The notes under the pieces were generated by a model. It saw only the letters and a program-made list of their open reading frames with translations. It was not told the DNA's origin and did no database searches. Made by a program: the position numbers and the translations under genes. A stretch of DNA of 64,000 nucleotides from an uncultured Christensenellaceae bacterium (lineage in GTDB: Bacteria > Bacillota > Clostridia > Christensenellales > UBA3700). Below are positions 49,067 to 57,650 of this stretch, in pieces; position 1 is the stretch's first letter, and every line of letters begins with the position of its first letter. Location of the stretch: NCBI GenBank assembly GCA_944383895.1, contig CALWRH010000004.1, positions 86,404 through 150,403 of the forward strand. The letters run 5' to 3'.

Positions 49067-50341
49067 ATGAATTACAAGAAATCTTTATATAATCTGCTTA
49101 TTCCTTATACCAATAATGAAACCATCATTTTTAACTCTTTTACTGGTGCTATTGGAAAACTTGATAAAAACACCTTAAAGCATTACAATGAAAATCAATT
49201 TTCAGAAACAGAAATTGAGATTCTTTCCAAAAAGGGAATATTAATACCCGTTGATTTAGATGAAAAGAGTAAAATTAACAGTGAAAGAAAAAAAGGCATT
49301 GAAAATAACCATGCGAAACTTTTTAGAATTTGGCCCACCTCTGGTTGCAATGCAAGATGTTATTACTGTTTTGAAAAAGGCATAAAAATTACTAATATGT
49401 CGAAAAAGACGGCAGATGATGTAGTCAATTTCATTGATAATACACTAAACGAAGAAGATGTTTTAAGATTAGAGTGGTTTGGTGGGGAGCCGCTTTTAAA
49501 TGTCGAAATAATTGATTACATCATGGATAAATTAAATATTATCTGCGCAAATAAACGGTGTGAAATTCAGAATTCCATGATAAGCAACGGAAGTTTGATT
49601 ACTGAAGATTTAGTATTAAAAATGAAAAACAAATGGAATATACAATCCATCCAAATCACTTTAGATGGTTATGACTCAACTTACAACCAAATAAAAAATT
49701 ATTATAATCCAGTTACTTGCAATTTTAAAAAAGTGATTGAAGCTATAAAATTACTTTCTAAAAGTGGCATAAAAACAGCTATCCGTATGAATTACGATAC
49801 AAAAAATTATCAGAGTCTTGTAGAATTAATCGAATTTTTACATATAGAGTTAAGTGGATATAAAAAGCTAATATATTATGTCTTTCCTGTTTGGAGTTCC
49901 ACTGATGAATATGCCGAAAATTCATATTCTTCCACTACTATAGCAGATATGAACTTATTGTCATTATTTGACTTATTAGTAAAATATCGAATGAGTACCA
50001 TCAAAGCCATAGCTCGACTTAATTATAAAGCACATGCTTGTCAAGCTTGGAATCTTCATAGTTATGCAATTTTACCCAATGGCGACATTGCTAAATGTTG
50101 TGAATCGTACAATCAAGTGATTGGTTCTGTTACACAAGGGATTACAGATATAGACACATATAATTTTTGGACAACTTCAATTTTAGAAGAAAAATGCGAT
50201 TCATGTATTTACCTGCCTCTTTGTCAAGGTGGCTGCAAGTCATCCTACTTTAATAGAATGCCGCATTGTTTTGCCTTTAAACCAATTATCAACGAAATAC
50301 TAAAATGGTATGTTTCTTACTTAGACAACCAATGTAAATGA
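49067..50341 (+). CDS. Radical SAM/SPASM peptide maturase 1
   Basis: CNARCYYC, WFGGEPLL, ITLDG, SPASM cysteines (CQA...KCC...CDSCIYLPLCQGGC...C); N-terminal RRE-like segment. Confidence 0.9.
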   Translation: MNYKKSLYNLLIPYTNNETIIFNSFTGAIGKLDKNTLKHYNENQFSETEIEILSKKGILIPVDLDEKSKINSERKKGIENNHAKLFRIWPTSGCNARCYYCFEKGIKITNMSKKTADDVVNFIDNTLNEEDVLRLEWFGGEPLLNVEIIDYIMDKLNIICANKRCEIQNSMISNGSLITEDLVLKMKNKWNIQSIQITLDGYDSTYNQIKNYYNPVTCNFKKVIEAIKLLSKSGIKTAIRMNYDTKNYQSLVELIEFLHIELSGYKKLIYYVFPVWSSTDEYAENSYSSTTIADMNLLSLFDLLVKYRMSTIKAIARLNYKAHACQAWNLHSYAILPNGDIAKCCESYNQVIGSVTQGITDIDTYNFWTTSILEEKCDSCIYLPLCQGGCKSSYFNRMPHCFAFKPIINEILKWYVSYLDNQCK

Positions 50342-50419
50342 ATTCAATCCCGATTTTGGTTAAAATCAAAGAAATGGGGGTTTTATATCTAATTGTGATT
50401 GTACAAATTTAATCGATCT

Positions 50420-50811
50420 TTATCTTTTTTGACGAATTGAACAATAATTAATATAACACTTTAAAATGTTACCTAATATTGGCTTATATACAAAATATTT
50501 AGGCTTTCTTGTAAAATTTGATGTTTTATAACCACCTTGACAGATGGGTTAATACATAATATCTTTACATTTTTTTTATCATCGATTCCCTGTCTTCTAT
50601 CGTTATTAACCTTAAGACTCTCATTATAATTATTGAGAACAATAATTCCTTTCCTTAATAAAATAGAGCTTCTTGCAAAAGATTTAACGAATTATATCTT
50701 TCCATTAAATTATCTTCAAATAAACCAATTACGCCAGATAAAGTATCGAATATTATTGTCTTAACAGCCAAAGGGAATAAACAAGTTGTATCTTGATTTT
50801 TTATACTTAAT
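50420..50811 (-). pseudogene. Internally deleted, frameshifted paralog of radical SAM 1
   Basis: Fragments KYKKSRYNLFIP / KTIIFDTLSGVIG / ILLRKGII...NNDRRQGIDD...CINP / CQGGYKTS...YKPILGNILKCY match the N- and C-termini of 49067-50341; start reads ATT after GGGAG. Confidence 0.8.
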
Positions 50812-50828
50812 CGTTTCTCCCTACTTAC

Positions 50829-52139
50829 TTAAGAAGTATATTTTTTGCCTTTAGAAATATATTCTAAAACTTGATTCTTAATCTTAGCTAATAAAGCATT
50901 ATATATCAAACAGTTCCCGTTCTTTACAGAACAATCATAGATACCAAAACATTCACACTGACATGCTGGATATAAATCACATGTTTGACATCCCAAATTC
51001 ATATTGCCCATAGCACTTTGTTTTTGAGCATCATTGTAATATAATCCATCAAAAATAGATCCTATGACTTTATTCCCCAACCCAATATAATGCTCACATT
51101 TATACAATTCTCCACTTGGACCTATAACGAAATTATTTTTCTTTGCCATCCCACAAAAAACTGGCTGAAAAAAAGGGGGCCGTTCTACTGATTGTTTAGG
51201 ATATAGGCTTTCTTGTGAAAGTTTATTATAAAATCTTTTTTTTACAAGGGAAAATTCATCAACAAAATAACAGTTTCCACATAAATTATCAATATAGTCT
51301 CTAATATTGGAAAGACTGATTTTTATTTTCCCTTTAAGCCCTAAACCTTTCAATAAGTAATATGCTAATTTATAAAGTTCATGCAAATTTTTTTTATCAG
51401 CGTTCAGTCTAATGGTAACTGTTAATATATCCGCTATTTCTTTTATGTTATTTACAACGATATAAAAATTATTTTTATCCGTTCTTTTTCGCATTGCGTA
51501 CGTTTCGCTAAATCCATCTAAGGTAATTTGCACGCGATTAATTCTTGCATCAGTAACTAATTTTTCAGCACGCTCTCTAGTTAATAATAATCCATTAGAA
51601 ATCATACTTGCATTATACTCAATCCCCAATGGCTTAAGTAAGCATAAAAGTCTTTCACTAATATTTAATATCAAATCATAGCAAAGCATTGGCTCCCCGC
51701 CAAACCAACAAATCTTAAGCTTTTTGATGCTTTTCTTGTTTTTTATCGTTTTAACAATAAATTGTATGACTTTATCCGCAGTTTCGGTCGTCATTACAAC
51801 TTCTTTATCGCTGTTCGCCTCAAAGCAATAAACACAATTCATATTGCATTTCATTGTAGGAGCAATAACATAAGACAACGAATCTACCTGATCAGATTGC
51901 AATTTAGAATGCATTATATATTTAGCTTTAAAAAATTCATTTTGACAATTTGGTACTAGAAAACCTTGCCTTATTAAATCATAATGAATTTTTTCAGAAC
52001 ATTGAATTTTTTCCCCCAATAATTCTTGATATATAACATTTTCCAATCTAACAATTGAACCAGAAAAAGTATTATATAAAATGACAGTATTTTCATCTTG
52101 AGAAATCTTAATAGAATACTTTGATAGTTTATAAATCAT
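50829..52139 (-). CDS. Radical SAM/SPASM peptide maturase 2
   Basis: CNMNCVYC, WFGGEPML, QITLDG, CG...GELYKC...CQTCDLYPACQCEC. Confidence 0.9.
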   Translation of the reverse strand: MIYKLSKYSIKISQDENTVILYNTFSGSIVRLENVIYQELLGEKIQCSEKIHYDLIRQGFLVPNCQNEFFKAKYIMHSKLQSDQVDSLSYVIAPTMKCNMNCVYCFEANSDKEVVMTTETADKVIQFIVKTIKNKKSIKKLKICWFGGEPMLCYDLILNISERLLCLLKPLGIEYNASMISNGLLLTRERAEKLVTDARINRVQITLDGFSETYAMRKRTDKNNFYIVVNNIKEIADILTVTIRLNADKKNLHELYKLAYYLLKGLGLKGKIKISLSNIRDYIDNLCGNCYFVDEFSLVKKRFYNKLSQESLYPKQSVERPPFFQPVFCGMAKKNNFVIGPSGELYKCEHYIGLGNKVIGSIFDGLYYNDAQKQSAMGNMNLGCQTCDLYPACQCECFGIYDCSVKNGNCLIYNALLAKIKNQVLEYISKGKKYTS

Positions 52140-52142
52140 CTT

Positions 52143-52331
52143 TTAGTCCCTATCACACATATCGCATCCATCACAGAAACAATTATCACAATCACAGCTA
52201 CAATAATAATCGCAATTACAGTCATCGCAATCGCAACGACAAGGCCAATCATGACTGTCAGGACAATCATCGCGATTCAACCAACAATCACCAACACTTA
52301 ATAAAATACCCGTTTCTAAAATAATATCCAT
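52143..52331 (-). CDS. Putative RiPP precursor 2 (62 aa, 14 Cys, CxCD repeats)
   Basis: MDIILETGILLSVGDCWLNRDDCPDSHDWPCRCDCDDCNCDYYCSCDCDNCFCDGCDMCDRD; AGGAG RBS; TTGACA-N17-TATCAT promoter near 52407. Confidence 0.82.
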   Translation of the reverse strand: MDIILETGILLSVGDCWLNRDDCPDSHDWPCRCDCDDCNCDYYCSCDCDNCFCDGCDMCDRD

Positions 52332-52580
52332 TATTCTTCTCCTGATCATATACACATAAAACATTATTGTGTGAGAAAATGATATCATAAGAAAACTACT
52401 TTGTCAATGTGCAACGTAGTTTTCTAATTTTTTCGAATCAGCCTCAAAAATATCACCTTTTACTTAGCGACACCATGGCACAGAACTGCGGTATAACTAA
52501 AAATAAACCGCATAAAAAAGACAAGCATTCCATCTATTATCAACAAGTACTTTTATGTTTTACTAATATGCAATAATACT

Positions 52581-53792
52581 TTATTCATTATGCATCCAAC
52601 GTCCCTTTTTAGGAGAGTAAAAGCAACGAGGATTCTTTTGTTTAATACTTCCCGCAGCTATACCTAAAGGTCTACAATCCTTGCAAGCATATCTAAATTC
52701 ACATTGTTTACATTCATCCAATTTTGAAAAATCATAATGCCAAAAATTTTTACATGCATTTGAGTTTAATATTTCAAATATAGACTTATCTTTCACATTT
52801 CCATATACTATTTGTCGTTCAAAAACACACGGCAATACATCTCCTGTTTCACTTACAACAAATTTTCCATACCAACATGTATTTCTTTGTTGTGCAGCAT
52901 GAAACCTTTGCTCAGATATTGAAAAACGAGGTTTCGTTCTACATTTTAGTTCAATTAGATCTTTCCTTGTTGCCTCATGAAATTTATCCCCACAACTTTT
53001 TACAGATCTAACTAAATCAAATTTATATTTTTTTATGCCAAGCTCTCTAATAAATTTAATCGTATCGTTATAGTACTCTTCATTTTCACGCATGATTGAT
53101 ACAGCTATTGTAATAGATAAATTATTGTCCAACATCCTATGTATATTATCAACCGTTTTATTAAAGCTGCCTTGCGTTAAAGTTATAGCATCATGAATTT
53201 GAGCATTAGGTCCATATAATGACACATTGATACGGACAGAATTTCGAACGAAACATTTTAACAACTCGTCATGTAAAATTGTGCCGTTTGTGAAATACGA
53301 AATGCTTTTAAAGTTTAAGTTTCCTGCATAATCTATCAATTTAATAATTTCATTACAACACGAAGGCTCCCCTCCGATAAACTGAATATGCTTACAATTC
53401 AATGTGTTTAATTGATCAAGAACCAAAAACCATTCTTCTGTTTTTAACTTATTGCTTTTTGACTCATGAGTTATACCCTCATAGCAATGTATACATTTAA
53501 GATTGCAGGACTGCGTAACTTCAAGCCAACAAAAATTTATTTCTGTATCAAATTCTTCTTTAAAATTAAATTCTTTATAGCTATATTCAGGATCAATTAA
53601 TTCTTTGGAATATAGCTCGTACAAATATCGTTGCTCATCAATATTTTCTACACGATTTGTTTCTATATAATTTTTAAGAAAAACACAGGCTTCGTGATTT
53701 ATAGCATAAATCCTACTTCTTTTAAAATCATATATTGCACCATTAACGGCTCCAAATACTACTGCTGTTGTTTTAGAAAGAGAAATTACCAC
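52581..53792 (-). CDS. Radical SAM/SPASM peptide maturase 3
   Basis: CNLKCIHC, FIGGEP, VSLYG, CWYGK...LPCVF...CKQCEFRYACKDCRP...C. Confidence 0.9.
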   Translation of the reverse strand: MVISLSKTTAVVFGAVNGAIYDFKRSRIYAINHEACVFLKNYIETNRVENIDEQRYLYELYSKELIDPEYSYKEFNFKEEFDTEINFCWLEVTQSCNLKCIHCYEGITHESKSNKLKTEEWFLVLDQLNTLNCKHIQFIGGEPSCCNEIIKLIDYAGNLNFKSISYFTNGTILHDELLKCFVRNSVRINVSLYGPNAQIHDAITLTQGSFNKTVDNIHRMLDNNLSITIAVSIMRENEEYYNDTIKFIRELGIKKYKFDLVRSVKSCGDKFHEATRKDLIELKCRTKPRFSISEQRFHAAQQRNTCWYGKFVVSETGDVLPCVFERQIVYGNVKDKSIFEILNSNACKNFWHYDFSKLDECKQCEFRYACKDCRPLGIAAGSIKQKNPRCFYSPKKGRWMHNE

Positions 53793-53812
53793 AACACACC
53801 ACTCCTACAGAA

Positions 53813-53840
53813 AAATAAGCAACAATATTGTTGCTTATTT
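53813..53840. promoter_or_regulatory. Perfect 28-bp palindrome between precursor 3 and rSAM3
   Basis: AAATAAGCAACAAT|ATTGTTGCTTATTT. Confidence 0.6.
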
Positions 53841-53856
53841 ATTTCTGATCAATTAG

Positions 53857-54036
53857 TTAATCTGGATTACAATCACCATAGTCTGGTCCGCAATTCCCCG
53901 AAGGAGCATCTTCAGGCGAGCATATATCAGGATTACACCACCCACTATCTGGGTTACATGTGCTTGGATCATCATATGAAGGATTACACATTGTAATTAC
54001 TCTAACGGTATCAGTAACATCTTCTAATAACAACAT
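53857..54036 (-). CDS. Putative RiPP precursor 3 (59 aa, six CxP repeats)
   Basis: Translated by hand: MLLLEDVTDTVRVITMCNPSYDDPSTCNPDSGWCNPDICSPEDAPSGNCGPDYGDCNPD; GAGGTG RBS; TTGACA-N17-TATACT promoter at 54082-54054. Confidence 0.82.
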   Translation of the reverse strand: MLLLEDVTDTVRVITMCNPSYDDPSTCNPDSGWCNPDICSPEDAPSGNCGPDYGDCNPD

Positions 54037-54162
54037 AGTTCACCTCTATTTATAGTATACAACATCTTAAATTATATGTCAATACATATAAACATCTTTT
54101 ATTACAGATATCTTACGCAAAGCAGAATATATAATAAGTATCGTAAACAAGGTAATTAATTT

Positions 54163-54330
54163 AATTTGCAACCCTTGCGTGTGCTTGTCTTGATACGAGA
54201 GCGCCGGCACTGCGTGCCGTCGCGACAAGCACACGCAAGGCTGAAATCAGCAGGATAAATCAAACAAAGCGCGACGGAAGCGGAGTCGCACGCTGAACCG
54301 CTTTTTGCGACTTCCGCTTTTCCGTCTCGC
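54163..54330 (+). other. Putative rolling-circle double-strand origin (includes direct repeat copy 2)
   Basis: Stem CCTTGCGTGTGCTTGTC...GACAAGCACACGCAAGG enclosing CTTGTCTTGATAC, similar to the pC194/phiX174 nick motif CTTG/ATA; second hairpin at about 54270-54330; lies just past the rep stop. Confidence 0.7.
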
Positions 54331-54367
54331 GGCATTTTGTTTTTGACGTATATCCTTTTACTGTATT

Positions 54368-55402
54368 TCAGTTGCCTTTGCGCAATTTTTCTATTACGTC
54401 CTTGCTTACTGGTCCAATATACTCGCCCTCGTCCCAGCATATGAAGTTGTCAAAGAGCAATAATTTCGATTCCTCAACACCGATTTTGCAGACAATATCG
54501 TCATCTTCGATATCAGAGTAAAAGAATTGAGGAAGACCTTTCGAATACACGATCTTCTCTCCTGTCTTTTCCATATACTTTGCCAGATATGCTATTGCGC
54601 TGCCGAGATCGGTTTTGCTGTCAACCGCCTTAAAATCAGATCTGCCGAAACGTTCGTTGAAGTACGTATTCTGGGTCGTGACCTGCACTTTGTCTTTTAT
54701 CGGAGAATAGTCTTTAACGACTATCAGTTCACCAGGCATGCTTCCATCTGGAATATAGAACAAACCGTGAAAATGCAGTCTTTTCTTTTCCGGAGACCTC
54801 TCCCAAACCCCGGCATACTTCCATTTCTTTCTGTGACACATCATCTTGAAACAACATCTCAACTTTTTCTTAAAATCGCTTTCGGACAGTTTTGACCCGT
54901 CATAGGTAAACGTGCAGAAGTAATTAAACTCCTGCAAATTTATCTTTCTTGTCAACCTGATACGCCGGCAGATAAGATTGCGTTGCTTTCTCTCAAACTG
55001 ACTGTCAACATAAAGCTTCGCAGTCTTTCTATCTTTGAAATACGGAAGCATCTCTTTGAGAATACAACTCTTTCGTTCGTTTCTTTTCAAGTTAATGTTT
55101 TCAGCATATAGTCTTTCAAACATCTCCTTTTTAGTTTCCGCTCTTAGCTGTTGACCAGATGCTTTTTTACTGTCATAGTTGTCGCTCGCAGTTAAATCGG
55201 CATCATTTTCAATCTCTTCTTTATCGACAGAAAAAGGCAGTTCGTCAGTTTCCACCTCTTGACACTCCGACTTGATATCTCCTGTTAAAGAATCTATCTC
55301 ATCGTCAATCTGAACAGACCTTTTTTTCGCAGGACGTTCCGTGTGCGGAATAGCAATATAATGACTTCCGTCAAAATAAACTTTGCAGTTGCTGTACGGC
55401 AT
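54368..55402 (-). CDS. HUH rolling-circle replication initiator (two-Tyr type)
   Basis: Motif I FCTFTY, motif II RLHFHGLF, motif III YLAKYMEK; AAGGAGGTG RBS. Confidence 0.85.
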   Translation of the reverse strand: MPYSNCKVYFDGSHYIAIPHTERPAKKRSVQIDDEIDSLTGDIKSECQEVETDELPFSVDKEEIENDADLTASDNYDSKKASGQQLRAETKKEMFERLYAENINLKRNERKSCILKEMLPYFKDRKTAKLYVDSQFERKQRNLICRRIRLTRKINLQEFNYFCTFTYDGSKLSESDFKKKLRCCFKMMCHRKKWKYAGVWERSPEKKRLHFHGLFYIPDGSMPGELIVVKDYSPIKDKVQVTTQNTYFNERFGRSDFKAVDSKTDLGSAIAYLAKYMEKTGEKIVYSKGLPQFFYSDIEDDDIVCKIGVEESKLLLFDNFICWDEGEYIGPVSKDVIEKLRKGN

Positions 55403-55414
55403 ATTATCACCTCC

Positions 55415-57523
55415 TTATTTTACGTCTTTATACAGAGTGTTAATGAAATAACTGTTCTGCATTTTGAGTTCCTCAACGGTAGCCTTTTCGGATGCGTATT
55501 CGAGATAATCGCTCAGCCCGACGTTGGTCTTCTTCGCCATATCGTTGAAGTAGTCGGAAAAACAGTCTGTCGAAAAACGACGCGAGTAAATCTTCTTGTT
55601 CATCAGATAATACTTTTTCTTCTCGCACCGGGCATTCATTGTGCCGCGTTCTTTTTCTATACGCAAAGAACAGTAACCGAACCTGTTGTACAGCCTGATA
55701 TTGCGCCTCCAAAGCCACGAAGTAACAGTCTTTAGAAGATAGACCAGCAAAGTGTTGTCTCCTCGCTTAAAACGGAAATCGTAGTACAGAGAAATAAAGC
55801 GGTTAAAGAACCACTCGCTTATCATCTCCTCAATGGTATAGAAAGGCATTGCAAGCCTCTGTTCGCTCGAATCCACAATATGGATAATATCGCACAAATC
55901 TCTTGCGTCCGCTCCCCAGGATTCCGGTCTCTGTTCGTCCGTAAAAACTTTGATAAAAGGATAATTGTCTATCGTCGCGCTGTGACGGCACATTTTCAGC
56001 CAACTGTTGAACAAGTCGTTCTTCTGATTCGTTTCATCTGTACCTTTCTTAACTTCCTTTAATTCAAGATTATTTCCGCGCTCCTTTCCGATCTCAGATA
56101 TGGCTATTACACCAAACTCAAAGCTGCCTGTTTTCGGGTTGTTTTCTATCAGCTTTTTACCTAGTCGCAAAGCGTCGAAATCTATGATATGTGCGTGTCT
56201 TCCGTCAGTGATGCCTTCCGGGAAAAAGTCCATTACCCAGACAGGAAAATTACCACGGTCTAACAGCGTATTATCTACACGGACAGAATAATTTGACACG
56301 ATAAGACTGCTTTCCGTAACGTAGACGAAATACGCTAATGCGTATGTCTTCAACACGTCGAAAAGGGCGCAGACTTTGAGTGCGTCGTTATAATAAAAGC
56401 CGTACCTCTCGACGTCGTAACCGTACAGTTGCAAGTCGGCGTTTTCGTGCCTCTCAAACCGTTCTCTTTTCTTCTTGATCCACTCCTTGACGGTAGCAAG
56501 ATTATATACCGTTCCGTACTCGATACAGAGTCTTAATTCGTCCTCAAACGCTATCCACGGGAAGTATGGAAACTTCATATCGTTGTCCTGCAAAATCTTG
56601 TACGCCTTCTGACGGAACATTACTTCCTGAGAAAGTGCCATATCGGTAATCAATGTCGTTTTCTTCTTTCCCATGCTTCCGCAGGATATGGACACAATGG
56701 GAACTTCATTGATAAATCCGCAGTTCTTTGCCTCGAAATATCGTAGCGTAGAATCAGCTATATTCTTTCTGATCTTATCAAAAATCAGCCATGCGACAAT
56801 ACCTATGATCCACCACGGGAAAGCCTTGAATATCACCTGCAAGTCGATAAACAGTTTGCATATTTGCAGATACAGCGTGTCTATCTTATACGATACCGCG
56901 AAGTAAAAATAATACGCGAAAAACTCCACGATAATCGAAGCTATGTTGAGATTGAAACACCATATCGCCACCCATAAGACGATCAACACGTTATGCTCCC
57001 TGAGATAACCGATATAGTTTACTATATACCGCTTTAACGGCTGGTACGTCACGTTAGATACCTTCTTGAATATGCGTAATGGCAGAGTGTCTTCATTGTG
57101 TCTCGTGTTGTCTTTGCTGTACAGTTTCTTGATAATGAAAAACAAGATAAGAGTACACGGCAGCGCAATGACCAATGCCTTCGCTATGTTTCCCGTAGTT
57201 CTTCCGCTATGAACGAGCCAGGACTTGAAATTGTTCTCGTCTACCAGAAGCGAGAAATAGGCTTTTGCCTTCTGCGTAAAGCTCTCAAAATCGGCAGGCA
57301 GAAGTATATTCCAGGACATTACGTCCGAACGGCTTAAAACCGTGGCTTCCACGCTGTATCTTATCCCGAATATCTCGCAGAAGTATATCCGGACGCTGTT
57401 CCAGAGATCCTTTGCGCTCTCGGCAAATCGAAGGTACGACGTATCGAAAACGAAGAAAGCCAAAGCGACAAAAGTAGCCGTCAGAACAAAGCTCGTTATT
57501 ATGTTAGATACTTTGTATTTCAT
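55415..57523 (-). CDS. Multi-TM P-loop ATPase, Zot/inovirus pI-like
   Basis: Several N-terminal TM helices, Walker A-like GSMGKKKTT, IAISEIGK, KMCRH, DEQRP; adjacent to Rep. Confidence 0.6.
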   Translation of the reverse strand: MKYKVSNIITSFVLTATFVALAFFVFDTSYLRFAESAKDLWNSVRIYFCEIFGIRYSVEATVLSRSDVMSWNILLPADFESFTQKAKAYFSLLVDENNFKSWLVHSGRTTGNIAKALVIALPCTLILFFIIKKLYSKDNTRHNEDTLPLRIFKKVSNVTYQPLKRYIVNYIGYLREHNVLIVLWVAIWCFNLNIASIIVEFFAYYFYFAVSYKIDTLYLQICKLFIDLQVIFKAFPWWIIGIVAWLIFDKIRKNIADSTLRYFEAKNCGFINEVPIVSISCGSMGKKKTTLITDMALSQEVMFRQKAYKILQDNDMKFPYFPWIAFEDELRLCIEYGTVYNLATVKEWIKKKRERFERHENADLQLYGYDVERYGFYYNDALKVCALFDVLKTYALAYFVYVTESSLIVSNYSVRVDNTLLDRGNFPVWVMDFFPEGITDGRHAHIIDFDALRLGKKLIENNPKTGSFEFGVIAISEIGKERGNNLELKEVKKGTDETNQKNDLFNSWLKMCRHSATIDNYPFIKVFTDEQRPESWGADARDLCDIIHIVDSSEQRLAMPFYTIEEMISEWFFNRFISLYYDFRFKRGDNTLLVYLLKTVTSWLWRRNIRLYNRFGYCSLRIEKERGTMNARCEKKKYYLMNKKIYSRRFSTDCFSDYFNDMAKKTNVGLSDYLEYASEKATVEELKMQNSYFINTLYKDVK

Positions 57524-57650
57524 AGGCAATCCTTCCTGATAGTGCAACAGTTTCGACAGATAGTCGGCTACCTGTGTAAACGAGATAACCGACCAGAGCT
57601 GCGATTGCGACCAAGAGGAGAATTGCGATTATCCTCTTAATCTGTTTCAT
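57504..57650 (-). CDS. Small single-TM protein (48 aa)
   Basis: Translated by hand: MKQIKRIIAILLLVAIAALVGYLVYTGSRLSVETVALSGRIAYEIQSI; AAGGAGGAG RBS; fills the gap between genes. Confidence 0.7.
   Translation of the reverse strand: MKQIKRIIAILLLVAIAALVGYLVYTGSRLSVETVALSGRIAYEIQSI

Noticed and set aside
50790-50797. Additional TCTTGAT nick-site copy between RiPP units
   Set aside because: Only a 7-mer in AT-rich DNA, inside the rSAM pseudogene, with no flanking similarity to the 32-bp repeat
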